DNA of 64,000 bases from Bdellovibrionales bacterium (GCA_965219095.1 CBDCMT010000001.1:1107262-1171261), one strand, 5' to 3'; counted from the stretch's first letter, positions 27,103 to 37,352 are shown. Numbers and translations are program-made. Notes: generated by a model not told the origin, from the letters alone.

Positions 27103-28479
27103 TTAATTAAGTTTTATTTTCTGATCTTCAAGAATTTCTTTTGTTTTCTGAGACCTATAAGAAAAAATTTTTTCTAAATTTTTTCTTATAAAATAGTCTG
27201 TTACTCCGAGATCTAAAAATCTTAAGGGAAGTGTGTAAAAAATTCGATCCTTTATAAGAGTTCCCCTTTGAACTTCTTCAAAAAAATGATCATGCATCCA
27301 ATGATTGTAAGGACCTTTTTTTTGGGAGTCTGTAAAATAGTGAGGAGGATTCCAGTCTGTGATTTCTGTGATCCAAGAAAGAGGAAATTTAGAGATTTTG
27401 AATTTGTAGTGAATGTGGGTGTGTTTTTTTATTTGTTCTGTTGAGATATGAATGATTTGCAATTGCAAAGAAGGGGGAGTGATCTTTTTAAGATTGTAGG
27501 GGTTGGAAAAAAACTTAAAAACCTTTTGAAGAGGTTGAAAGACCCATAAATTTCTTTCAAGAAGAGAAGCTCCTTTATGAAGATAAAGATCTTTGAAAGC
27601 TGTCTGGAGTTGAGGGAATTGAAACTTAAAATTTGTTTCTTTTGAGAATCTGTGAGGTATAACTTTTTGACTTGCTAAAACTAAGTTGGCTCTTTGTCCT
27701 AACATAATCTTAAGAGCTATTTTTGGAGCAGGGAGATTGAGTTTGAAAAGAGGCTTTAGCTTTAAAGTTTCATAAAAAATTTTTGTAAAATCTTTGTTTC
27801 TTATAGGGGAGTTTGTTGTGGCATTAAAAGCCCCGTAGAGGTTCTCATTGTCTAGAACGTAAAGAAAAAGTCTCACAACGTCTTTAATATGTATCCAGCT
27901 CATCCACTGACGTCCAGAAGCTAAGGGTCCTGCTATGCCTTTTCTAAAAAGAGGTTCTAATTCTTTTAAAAAGCCTTTATTGCGATCAAGGACAAGTCCT
28001 AAACGTAAAACAACAACTCTTAAAGCTTTAAGTTCTAAGAGGGGGTTTTCCCATTCTTCACAAACTTTCGAGAGAAAACCATTCCCCTTGGCAGAATCTT
28101 CTGTTTGCTCTTTCTCTCCTTCACCATAAAACCCAATAGCTCCTGCTGAAATAAAAGCTTTCACATCCGTTCTATGATGATTTAAGGCTTTAACAAGCTT
28201 TGTAGTCAGTTGAGAACGGGAGTTAAGAATTTCTTTTTTTTGAGTTGTGGTCCATTTTTTTGAAGCTATAGCTTCTCCTGCTAAATGAAATACAGCTTCC
28301 ACACTTTCAAAAGCCTCTTTATTTTCTATGTCATCCCATAAAAGAAGTTTGTGGGGGTAAGGAAAGTTAGGTTTTTTTTGTCGACTTACAATTTTTAATT
28401 TATAACCTTTTTTAAGTAAACTTTCAGAAAGTTTTTGGCCGATAAATCCTGTAGCACCTGTAATCATCACATACTTCAT
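27103..28479 (-). CDS. YfcH/TIGR01777-like NAD-dependent epimerase fused to a C-terminal SRPBCC (cyclase/dehydrase-like) domain
   Basis: N-terminal Rossmann motif MITGATGFIGQKL. The last ~150 aa (…WNPPHYFTDSQKKGPYNHWMHDHFF…GTLIKDRIFYTLP…FSYRS) resemble the SRPBCC domains often associated with this family. Confidence 0.65.
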   Translation of the reverse strand: MKYVMITGATGFIGQKLSESLLKKGYKLKIVSRQKKPNFPYPHKLLLWDDIENKEAFESVEAVFHLAGEAIASKKWTTTQKKEILNSRSQLTTKLVKALNHHRTDVKAFISAGAIGFYGEGEKEQTEDSAKGNGFLSKVCEEWENPLLELKALRVVVLRLGLVLDRNKGFLKELEPLFRKGIAGPLASGRQWMSWIHIKDVVRLFLYVLDNENLYGAFNATTNSPIRNKDFTKIFYETLKLKPLFKLNLPAPKIALKIMLGQRANLVLASQKVIPHRFSKETNFKFQFPQLQTAFKDLYLHKGASLLERNLWVFQPLQKVFKFFSNPYNLKKITPPSLQLQIIHISTEQIKKHTHIHYKFKISKFPLSWITEITDWNPPHYFTDSQKKGPYNHWMHDHFFEEVQRGTLIKDRIFYTLPLRFLDLGVTDYFIRKNLEKIFSYRSQKTKEILEDQKIKLN

Positions 28480-28524
28480 GCTTTGTTAGAGTACCATAAA
28501 AGAGAGGCTTAAATATTTAACTTA

Positions 28525-28906
28525 ATAACCCGAGTTTCAACTTTTTTCAGGGCTAAGGTCTAGCTTATATAAAAAAACACCTTTAGACCTTTGTAAGATT
28601 TTCTTGAAAAAGCAACTTACAAGGAAAAACAACTTGAGAATTATAAAAAAAACATACTAAAGAGGTCTAAGATATTTAATTCTAATTATATCAATTTATG
28701 TTCCTGTCGATGATTTTTTAACCCCTCTCGTACAACAATCCAGAGCTGATTTTTCAAAACAAAAGGAGTTTTTCTTCTGCTTATCTCCCAGAGAAATCAT
28801 CACTCTCTCTACTTTTCCAAAGTTTTAGGCTTTAGGAATCTTAAAGCCTTCTACCAGTTTATAAGAAGTCTATCTTACAATCTTATTTTCCTAAAATGTT
28901 GTCTTA
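28525..28906 (+). mobile_element. IS982-family left-end fragment (F3)
   Basis: Starts with ATAACCCGAGTTTCAACTTTTTTCAGGG and aligns with 4615 / 5500-5880. It is cut by the IS630-like lineage B terminus. Confidence 0.75.
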
Positions 28907-28992
28907 TACCATTTCCAAAAATTAATTCGACATTCTTTTAACGCATAGCCTCCTGGCTTTTTAATCAAACTCTGTTAAATTTTTAGAGTGTC
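28905..28992 (+). mobile_element. IS630-like lineage B, left-end fragment
   Basis: TATACCATTTCCAAAAATTAATTCGACATTC...TTTTTAGAGTGTC aligns with 37654-37741. Confidence 0.75.
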
Positions 28993-29094
28993 TATCAAAA
29001 AGAAAATATAGATGACCAGCCTTTTTTTGAAAAACTGGGACTTAAAAACCCTGATTAGAAGAGTTAGACTCATCTAAGAAGTAAGCTCATTGAA

Positions 29095-29134
29095 CTTCCC
29101 CCAAAAAAGTGGACAGTTTTTTGGGGGAAGATCA
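29095..29134. repeat. Perfect hairpin at the IS66 breakpoint (14-bp stem, 8-nt loop)
   Basis: CTTCCCCCAAAAAA GTGGACAG TTTTTTGGGGGAAG followed by ATCA. The same unit occurs at 46638-46680. Confidence 0.8.
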
Positions 29135-30117
29135 CTAGAAATAAAGGTCAATTTCCTAAAGGTATGAGTGGTCCTCTTCAGTATGGTGTAGGCATTAGAG
29201 CTTCCATCATCAATTTCATTATAGTTCAGATGCTGTCTTTTAGAGCGTGTTGGGGAACATTACATGGGGCTTATAGGTCGAATGATTTCTCCTGCAGTTA
29301 TGTTGAGATACATTGCTGAATTAGGAGAGTTTCTTAAAAGTTGGGAAGAGCAGATGAAAGAAAAGATACTTGAATCAGAGGTCATTCATGTTGATGAGAC
29401 CTCTATGAGGGTTAAGGGTAAAAACTACTGGATTCATACTTATAGTTCAGGAGAATTAGTCTTGCAGTTTCTCCACCTTTCAGGTGGAAAGGAAGCCATA
29501 AAAGATATTGGTCTCTTGGATAGATATGCAGGAGTGCTTGTGCATGATTGTTGGAGTCCTTACTTTTGTTATGATAAGATAACTCATGCTTTGTGTGTGG
29601 CTCACCTTTTGAGAGAGCTTAAATTTATAGAAGAAAGCAATGGATTCAAATGGGCTACAAATCTCAAAAAACTTCTTAAAGAGACTGTGGAGCTAGTTCA
29701 TAAAAAAGAGTCAAGAGTTCTGACTCAAAAAGAGTACGAAACTCTTCAGAGAAGGTATAGGAGTATTCTTACAAAAGGCTTAAAAGAGCTTCCAGAATTT
29801 CCTAAGAAAAATGGCAAGAAAGGACGAATAAAGCATACACAAGCTCAAAACCTTTGGCTGCGATTTAAAAAGTATGAAGCAGAAATACTGTGTTTTGCTA
29901 AAAGAAAGAACGTAGATCCTACTAATAACAGAGCTGAAAGAGATCTAAGAATGACTAAAGTGAAAAAGAAAGTGTCAGGGTGTTTCAGAACAGAAGAAAT
30001 GGCGAAATATTTTTGTCGCATTACCAGCTATGTTAAAACAATGAGAAATAGAGGGTATTCTTCTTTAGAAGCCATCTCTATGGCTTTAAATAAAAACTTA
30101 CGAGAGTGAGCAGTTAC
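29135..30117 (+). mobile_element. IS66-family element, copy C2, 5'-truncated
   Basis: Homology to the full copy begins at CTAGAAATAAAGG (29135). It ends in GTGAGCAGTTAC at 30117. Confidence 0.85.
29264..30109 (+). pseudogene. IS66-family transposase, C-terminal part. It carries the same frameshift variant as copy C4.
   Basis: 281-aa ORF nearly identical to 51027-51872. The upstream in-frame part is interrupted by the TTTTAGAGCG variant (copy C1 has TTTTCAACG). Confidence 0.85.
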
Positions 30118-30119
30118 GT

Positions 30120-31333
30120 TGTAATAGTCGCAACTTAATCTGACACGTCTCGAAATGTCAAAGAGATGAAAAGAGGTTACCCTTTTAAATAAACAATACC
30201 ACCCCAAAGGGTGGAGAAAGGATAACAAAAATGACATATCAAGAAAGAATTATAAAATCAAAAGTAGGTCTTTTGCAATTAGCAGAAGAGTTAGGCAATG
30301 TATCTCAAGCTTGTAAGGTGATGGGCTTTTCAAGAGATACATTTTATCGTTACAAGACACTCAAAGAGGAAGGAGGTTTAGAATCATTAAGAGAGCAAAG
30401 TCGTAGAAAGCCTAATTTAAAAAACAGAGTTGATCAAACGACAGAAGAGGCTTGTTTAAGGATCGCTATAGAACTTCCTGCCTATGGACAGTTGAGAGCG
30501 TCCAATGAGTTAAGGAAAAAAGGAATTTTTATTTCTCCTGCAGGAGTTAGAGGGGTCTGGCTGAGAAATAATTTAGAGACTTTCAAAAAGCGTTTGAAAG
30601 CTTTAGAAAAGAAGTCTGCAGAGGAAGGCTTGGTTTTCACAGAGGAGCAGTTACAAGCCCTAGAGAAGAAGAAACAAGAGGATTTAGAGTGCGGAGAGGT
30701 AGAGACAGCTCATCCTGGTTATTTAGGCTCACAGGACACTTTTTATGTGGGAACTATGAAAGGTGTAGGACGTCTTTATCAACAAACCTTTGTGGACACT
30801 TACTCAAAAATTGCTTTCTGTAAGCTCTATAAAACGAAAACACCTATTACAGCAGCTGACCTTCTCAATGATAGAGTGTTTCCTTTTTTTGAAGACCATG
30901 ATGTGCCCCTGCTTCGTATGTTAACAGATAGGGGTACAGAGTTCTGTGGAGTTCAAGATCGTCACGATTATGAGCTTTATTTGGCTATCAATGATATAGA
31001 GCACACAAAAACAAAGGCAAGACATCCTCAAACCAATGGCATCTGTGAAAGATTTCATAGAACAATTTTAGAGGAGTTTTATCAAGTGGAGTTTAGAAAA
31101 AAAGTGTACAAAAGCATAGAAGAGTTGCAGTCTGACCTTGACTTGTGGCTTGTGAAATATAATGAAAGGAGAACTCATCAGGGAAAAATGTGTTGTGGTC
31201 GAACACCTATGGAAACTTTCCTTGACGGAAAACAAAAAGTAAGGCAAAAGATGATTGAACAGAACGAAAACTGACAGACAGTTTTTTATCAACCCAGAAA
31301 GGGTAACTGTCAGATCATATAACGTCTATTACA
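30120..31333 (+). mobile_element. IS481-family element, copy A2, complete, with target-site duplication
   Basis: Termini TGTAATAGTCGCAACTTAATCTGACA (30120) and TGTCAGATCATATAACGTCTATTACA (to 31333). A 7-bp direct repeat GTTACGT lies at 30113-30119 and 31334-31340. The target includes the last bases of IS66. Confidence 0.85.
30231..31274 (+). CDS. IS481-family transposase
   Basis: 347 aa, intact, with a GGAG-type Shine-Dalgarno. Same motifs as 1154-2197. Confidence 0.9.
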   Translation: MTYQERIIKSKVGLLQLAEELGNVSQACKVMGFSRDTFYRYKTLKEEGGLESLREQSRRKPNLKNRVDQTTEEACLRIAIELPAYGQLRASNELRKKGIFISPAGVRGVWLRNNLETFKKRLKALEKKSAEEGLVFTEEQLQALEKKKQEDLECGEVETAHPGYLGSQDTFYVGTMKGVGRLYQQTFVDTYSKIAFCKLYKTKTPITAADLLNDRVFPFFEDHDVPLLRMLTDRGTEFCGVQDRHDYELYLAINDIEHTKTKARHPQTNGICERFHRTILEEFYQVEFRKKVYKSIEELQSDLDLWLVKYNERRTHQGKMCCGRTPMETFLDGKQKVRQKMIEQNEN

Positions 31334-31338
31334 GTTAC

Positions 31339-32033
31339 GTTTTATTATTATTTACATTTTTACGTTCTCCATAAGGTTTATATTTTTTCCCAGACTTGAA
31401 AACACCTAAAGTTAAAGCTGCAATTCTTCTAGTTGGTAGCGTTTCTAGCAGTATGTGGTGGTAAATTTTTTTTGATCAATTCTTCATAAAAATCATTAAA
31501 TTCATTGTTATTTCCTATAACTGAGAGTGCAGCTGTCTTAAAAACACTTTTCATTTGTGGGCAAAACCTAGACTTCTTAGTTCCATAAGACCTTCCACCA
31601 CTCATTTTATGTAGCTTTACAAGTCCGCAGTCCACTCCACCAGGAATTACGTTTAAATCAGTGAGGCACTACAACCCTATCTTCTTACCTTTCAGAGTTT
31701 TTAAATAGGCACGAAGATTCCCAAGATCTGAAATCGTGTCCATAGTCTTAATATCTTTTGATTTGCCTGTCATCCTTGAAATGGCCATGTTACTTTGTGC
31801 CTAATCTACGGCTATATAGTGATCATACATTTTATTTTCCTCCTTTGTTGGTTGTTCATAAATAAAGTCTTGAAATCCTATTTTACATCTTTTTTTTGCT
31901 TTTTCCTTTGAGGCCTTAAAAAGCAGGACAGCTAAAGGGTTTAGAATTTGTCTCGAAAAGCTCACCTCCTTCTGCAAGTACTTTAGGGTCACTATCATGG
32001 CTTAAACCAGTGACCTGTCTTTTTGATTTACCG
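31339..32033 (-). mobile_element. IS110-family element, internally deleted derivative (J1)
   Basis: The left-end leader and first ~45 codons (MYDHYIAVD...) are joined directly to the last ~100 codons (…VKLHKMSGGRSYGTKKSRF…). The central ~1 kb present in the 61521+ copy is missing. Confidence 0.75.
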
Positions 32034-32185
32034 TCGAATTAATTTCTGTAATTGGTATTACTTGTAGTTTTATAAGAGCTTAGCTTTTGTACTTACTTTT
32101 GAAAGCCAGGATTTAATTGTTGTATTATCTCTAGCGACATCCTTTCTGGTACTTTTTTATCTGGTACTTTCTTATTTTCCTGTTA

Positions 32186-33327
32186 TATAGTGCTTCCGCT
32201 TAGGTTTTCCGTTTTTTTTGAGTTGAGGTCTAGTTTTTATTCTAAGGCCTTGATAAAAAGTCATTTATTTTAAAAAATAGTTTCATATGTCAGGGCCTCT
32301 ATCAAAAAAAGAGCGAAAAGATTTACTCTATGAACTATCTCTAGAGAAAAATCTTAAATACGCAAAAAGGATTATGACAATTCTCCATTTAGATAAAGGT
32401 GAGTTGTGTAAAGATATTTCCCGTTTTCTTTTCCTTGATGAGGGCACGATAAGAGCCTATAGAGATCGTTATAACAAAGGCGGGATAGAGTGCTTAATCA
32501 ACGACAATTACAACCCTAAAAGGTCCTTTTTAACTAAGAAAGAGGAGAAAATGCTTTTAAAGGAATTAGAGAAAAGAATTTTTCCGTCATCACAGGCCCT
32601 TATTCAGTTCATTGAGGAGAATTTTGGTGTTACGTACTTTAACAAGTGGTGTAATTGATCTTCTCCATCGCCTTGGTTTTTCTTATAAAAAAGCCACAGC
32701 AATACCGGGTAAGGCAAAGAGAGAAGAGCAGAAAAAGTTTGTGCGTAAATACAAGAGAATTAAGAAGAAAGACGGTCCTGTTTACTTTGCTGATTCCACA
32801 CATCCTGAGTGGGGCCCTACGATTTCATATGGTTGGATAAGAGAGGGTAAGAAGTTTGAAGTGAAGACCAATTCAGGCTGGAGAAAAAGAGTGAATGTTT
32901 GTGGAGCTATTGAGATCAATAGTTTGAAGACGGTAGTCAGGAGTTATAAGACAGTTAACGAAGTTTTTCTATGTGATATGCTCTATCATATTCATTAAGA
33001 AGTATTCCGATGAAAAAGAGATTCATCTTATCTTAGATGGGGCCGGATACAATAGATCGAAGTCTGTCAAGAAGTTAGCGAAAGAGTTGAATATAAAACT
33101 TATTTATCTTCCTCCGTACTCACCGAATTTAAATCCTATAGAAAGACTTTGGAAGTTTATGAAAAAAGAGGTCACGGCGAATCGATATTATGAAAACTAT
33201 GACGATTTCAAGGGAAGTTTAAGTCAATTTTTTAGAGGAATACGAAAACACAGAGCTAAATTAGAAACTTTGATAACTGATAACTTCTCTATCTTAGGAA
33301 ACTGAAAAACTAAACGGAAGCACTATA
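32186..33327 (+). mobile_element. IS630-like lineage A element, both ends present
   Basis: Termini TATAGTGCTTCCGCTTAGG (32186) and its inverse CTAAACGGAAGCACTATA (to 33327), with TA at both junctions. Confidence 0.8.
32287..33305 (+). pseudogene. IS630-family transposase split into three overlapping frames
   Basis: ORFs 32287-32658, 32612-32998 and 32973-33305 together give HTH plus a DDE_3-like protein (…YFADSTHPEW…, LILDGAGYNRS, YLPPYSPNLNPIERLW). The same partition is seen in the copy at 45095. Confidence 0.8.
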
Positions 33328-33534
33328 GATAGTTTCAACCTCTTTTGTATTTTCAAGAATTTTATCAAGTTCATTTGCATAAACATGATTTCTTTTCTTC
33401 CTTTCATTATTTACGTATTCTTTAGCAAACGAATAGAAAGAATGTGAATCTCCATCAACATGGGCTTTTAAAATTTTTTTCATATAATCTTTATTTGCAC
33501 TCATTATAATTTTCCTCTCTATTTTTGATTCCAA
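33310..33534 (-). CDS. Small hypothetical protein downstream of the R-M methylase gene
   Basis: 74-aa ORF overlapping the hsdM-S stop by 16 nt. Its last residues are encoded by the IS630-A terminal repeat. Removing the IS restores a TAA stop after ...KEVETI. Confidence 0.4.
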   Translation of the reverse strand: MESKIERKIIMSANKDYMKKILKAHVDGDSHSFYSFAKEYVNNERKKRNHVYANELDKILENTKEVETIYSASV

Positions 33535-35993
33535 ACTTTTTCTATTTTTTTCTTAATTTTATTTTCGTTTATTTCGATTAGTTTTTTACAAGAGTCAACA
33601 TAATTTTTCTCTTTTTCAATTTCAGCGACAAATTCTTTTTGGACTAAAAGGGAGGGGATGGATAGCTCAAGAGATTTTACCATGGGAACAGTTAATTGTT
33701 TAATAGAACTGCCTGTATCTCCAATATAAGCCTTTTGAATTGAATAATTTAAAAAATGAACATCTACTTTCTTATTTTTTGGTGTTACAGTAATTAGTCT
33801 TATAGCAGGATAAAATCTTTCCAATCGAACTTCGCTGTACCCTATAGTTCCTCTTGCTGATATAGTTACGCTTTCTTCTTCAATTTTAGCTTCTTTTGCG
33901 TACCCATATAAAGCATTGTTTTCTGTGCCATTTGTATATATGGGTATTTTATACAACTTATCTTTAACCTTAGAGTAGTTTTTTGGAACATCTCCTCCTG
34001 CTGATACTTTAAAAAAACTTGCATCTCCCAACTTCACCATAGGCCATTTGGGATCAATTTTAAAAGTAGGTTTCCAGTTTTCAACAACTTGTTTAGCTCC
34101 ATCAATAATTTTTTGATAGCCGTCAATTTCAGCGACAATTTCTTTTTGAACTGAGAGAGGAGGGAGGGGGATTTGGATTTTTTTAACTTTATCTATAGTA
34201 ATAGAATCAAAAACCGATCCTCCACCTCCTTTTATTTCTTTCTCCATTGCTTTCAAAATTACAAATAAAAAAACTCTGCTAATTTTAATAGATCTAATGG
34301 CACAAAGCCCTCTTCCAATGCAAATTTTTTGTTTTGCTATATTAACAGGTCCGACAGGGGCTCTAACCGACATTAGAATATCATTTTCATGAGCTATTTT
34401 TGTTGTCTTAGATGTCCAAAGTTTAGGTTTGCTAATATATTTTTCTGTAAATTCAGCTTTTCCCTGATAAAAAGGTAAGCCTTGTCTTTCTTTGTTATAA
34501 TACTTACTTTCTGGAGATTGCCCTGCAATAATCTCACACACATCCCCCAATTTCACCATAGACCATTTGGTAATAACTTTCTTTTTAGGTCGATAAAAAT
34601 TACTGCTTAAACTATAACTTCCCTCTCCTATGATTTTTTTCTTCTTACACCAAAAAGAAACCTCACTCTTTTCTTTGTTCTCTTTAGACCAAGATTTTAA
34701 AACTCGAAAAGCTTCTGGCAAATCATTTTCATCAATCTTTCTTCGAGTAGCTCCAAGTTCAAAGCCATCATTTTGTACGTCCACAAATAAAATCTCATCG
34801 GACTTTTTAGCTCTTTTTCTATCTAAAAACAAAATAGAAGTTTTAACACCACTATAAGGCTCAAACACTTTAGCTGGAAGACTCACTACAGCCCAAAGGA
34901 AACTCCTTTCTACAAGCATTTTTCTTAAAGCCTTGTAAGCTTTGTCTGATTTAAAGATAATTCCCTCCGGCACAATAATACCTGCTCTTCCATCTAGCTT
35001 TAAATGCTCTGCTATGTAATCTACAAATAAAACTTCTGAGCGATTGGCTCGTACTGAAAACTTATTATGTGGCCTAATACCTCCTTTAGGCGTCATAAAG
35101 GGAGGGTTAGCTAATACGACATCAAAATCATTTCCCCAACGATTATCACTTGTTAAGGTGTCGTATTCAAAAATTTTAGGCTCTTTAAACTTATGAAGGT
35201 ACATATTAACTAATGCAAGCTTTACCATATCAGGAGATATATCATAACCTTCAAAGTTTTTCTGTAACTGTTTTCGCTCACTCGGCTTTAGTTTTTTACC
35301 TTTGTATCTGCCATTACTCTGAATTTGAATAGATAAACCGTCGTTTTCACTTCTTTCAAAACTGTGTTCAGGTTTTTTTGGATCATAATTCCTAGAGTTA
35401 TTTTTAACAATATGTTTATAAGATGAAATTAAAAATCCTCCTGTTCCACAGGCTGGATCAAGAATCGATTCATTTTTCTTAGGATCTAAAACCTCCACAA
35501 TAAAGTCGATAATATGTCTTGGCGTCCTAAACTGCCCTGCATCTCCTTGGCTTCCTAAAATAGAAAGTAAATACTCAAAAGCATTGCCTAAATTTTCACT
35601 GTCATCATAGCTAAACCAGTCAATTTCTTTTAGGAATAAGCTTAAAGTTTCTGCATCTCTATAGGGGAGAAAAGCATTTTTAAAAACGTCTTTAAAAAGA
35701 GAGGGCAGTGTTTTATGTGTAGGGATTTGGTTAATAGCTTGAATGTAAAGATCAAGTCGTTCTTGGCCTGATAGCTTTTTTTCAATAATTTTAGGCCAAC
35801 TGTATTTTTTAAACTCCCCTGTAAAATAGGAAGCGTTTCCTCCAAGCTCTCTAGACTCTTGATCCATGTCGTCCATAAATTTGTAAATTAAAGCTGTGGT
35901 AATTTGATCTACTTGAGCTTTGGGGTCGGGGACTTTACCTACAAGAATGTTTCTCGCAGAGTCTATTCTTTTTTTTGTTTCTTGATCTAACAT
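33519..35993 (-). CDS. hsdM: Type I R-M methyltransferase fused to a complete two-TRD specificity subunit (HsdM-HsdS fusion)
   Basis: 824 aa. AdoMet motif DPACGTGGF (about 35433-35459) and catalytic NPPF (35097-35108). The C-terminal half has two target-recognition repeats (WSMVKLGDV…; WPMVKLGDA…), each followed by conserved HsdS helices (LSVQKEIVAEIDGY; LLVQKEFVAEIEKE). Confidence 0.85.
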   Translation of the reverse strand: MLDQETKKRIDSARNILVGKVPDPKAQVDQITTALIYKFMDDMDQESRELGGNASYFTGEFKKYSWPKIIEKKLSGQERLDLYIQAINQIPTHKTLPSLFKDVFKNAFLPYRDAETLSLFLKEIDWFSYDDSENLGNAFEYLLSILGSQGDAGQFRTPRHIIDFIVEVLDPKKNESILDPACGTGGFLISSYKHIVKNNSRNYDPKKPEHSFERSENDGLSIQIQSNGRYKGKKLKPSERKQLQKNFEGYDISPDMVKLALVNMYLHKFKEPKIFEYDTLTSDNRWGNDFDVVLANPPFMTPKGGIRPHNKFSVRANRSEVLFVDYIAEHLKLDGRAGIIVPEGIIFKSDKAYKALRKMLVERSFLWAVVSLPAKVFEPYSGVKTSILFLDRKRAKKSDEILFVDVQNDGFELGATRRKIDENDLPEAFRVLKSWSKENKEKSEVSFWCKKKKIIGEGSYSLSSNFYRPKKKVITKWSMVKLGDVCEIIAGQSPESKYYNKERQGLPFYQGKAEFTEKYISKPKLWTSKTTKIAHENDILMSVRAPVGPVNIAKQKICIGRGLCAIRSIKISRVFLFVILKAMEKEIKGGGGSVFDSITIDKVKKIQIPLPPLSVQKEIVAEIDGYQKIIDGAKQVVENWKPTFKIDPKWPMVKLGDASFFKVSAGGDVPKNYSKVKDKLYKIPIYTNGTENNALYGYAKEAKIEEESVTISARGTIGYSEVRLERFYPAIRLITVTPKNKKVDVHFLNYSIQKAYIGDTGSSIKQLTVPMVKSLELSIPSLLVQKEFVAEIEKEKNYVDSCKKLIEINENKIKKKIEKVWNQK

Positions 35994-36002
35994 AATTAAA
36001 AT

Positions 36003-37276
36003 TTAATCCATATAAGTATTTAATGTCACATAGTTTTTTACATACTCTGGGACTTTGGTCTGCCACTTAGTGTTGCCATTTAATGCCTTGAAATCCGTCA
36101 TGCTAAAACCTGTGTAGCTATGGAGATCCCCATATTTCTTACTATCAATGATTTCCCTAAATTCACTATCTACAATATAAGCACTCAAATAATTCTTAAT
36201 AGGGAGAACGTGCTGATTTTCTGGTTTATAAATAGAAACAAATTTCTCACACTCATTTTCTAAAAGCTCTTCTTTAGTTGGAAAACGATCAATAAAGCCA
36301 AAAGTTCGCTCTAAAACCTCTTTCCATGAAAGCCTTCTATCTAGATTTTCAGATCTTCTTATCTTCTCTAAATTCAAATAAAGCTCTGGTTTATCCTCGT
36401 ATTTATATCTTACAATATTTTCTGCCACTTGCCAATTCTCCTCTTCAACAGCCTTTTTGATTCGATTATCATTATAAAAAACCTCTTTAGCCTTATCCCA
36501 TAATTCTCTATCAACTTTCATGCCAGCCTCACCTACCTGTATTTCAGAGATAGTGCTTATTTTGTCCGGAACATGGATTTCAATCTCATCTATAGTTATG
36601 GGAGGACTTTCTTCTCCACTCCCGGCTTCTACAGTTAATTGAGGTAGCTTTAAAGCTTCATCATAATTAAATTTTTCTTCAAAATACTCACAATTGGCAA
36701 AAAAATCAAAGAGTTTAAATTTTTCCTTTTCTATCTGATGTTTTTTTTTGTTCTTGTCCTCATATTTAAATACAAACTTTCTCGTTCCTCGTCCTTTCAT
36801 TTGCACAAAGTTAGTTGGAGAAAAAATTAGTCTCATTAAGCAGAGGTTTAAAATATCTTGGCAATCATAACCTGTTGTCATCATGCCTACTGTGACACAG
36901 ACTCTTGTTTTACTGGTTTTATAGCCCTCAAAAAATTCTGTATAACCACGAAGTTTGTTGTTGATAAAAAGAATAGTGTTTTGTTGAGAGTTTTCTGTAT
37001 CAGAAGTGACTTGTCTAGCAAAATCTGAGTTGTATTTATCAGGCCACATCTTTTGAGCCATTTGATTTAAGATATGAGTGATTTTAGAAGCATGTTTTTG
37101 ACTTACACAAAAAATGATAGATTTGCCAATTTCACCACTTATAGGATCTTTCAAGGCCTTTTCAAGGAAACTTTTACAAAAGACAATATTCGTTTTCTCA
37201 GAAAAGAACTTTTTTTCAAAATTCTTATTAAAAAAGACTTGTTCTTCTTCACCCTCAGTATTTTCTATTTTAATGC
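36003..37276 (-). pseudogene. hsdR: Type I restriction enzyme R subunit, C-terminal ~420 aa only (5' part removed at a MITE)
   Basis: Helicase motifs V-VI (MMTTGYDCQD, QMKGRGTR) and a long EcoEI_R_C-like tail. The frame stays open upstream of the track start (37154) to 37276, where the MITE begins. No nuclease or DEAD N-half is found nearby. Confidence 0.8.
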
Positions 37277-37352
37277 TATAGTGCTTCCATTTAGATTTTC
37301 AGTTTTTTTCTCTAGAGAACCGACCGGAAAATCTAAGCGTATTCACTATATA
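37277..37352. mobile_element. 76-bp MITE related to IS630-like lineage A (copy 1)
   Basis: TATAGTGCTTCCATTTAGATTTTCAG...CCGGAAAATCTAAGCGTATTCACTATA. The left arm is near-identical to the lineage A left terminus. TA is present at both junctions. Confidence 0.75.

Noticed and set aside
34630-35845. ORFs 34630-34857 (+) and 35642-35845 (-) within the hsdM-S gene
   Set aside because: They are embedded in or out of frame with a long ORF that has clear methyltransferase and HsdS motifs.
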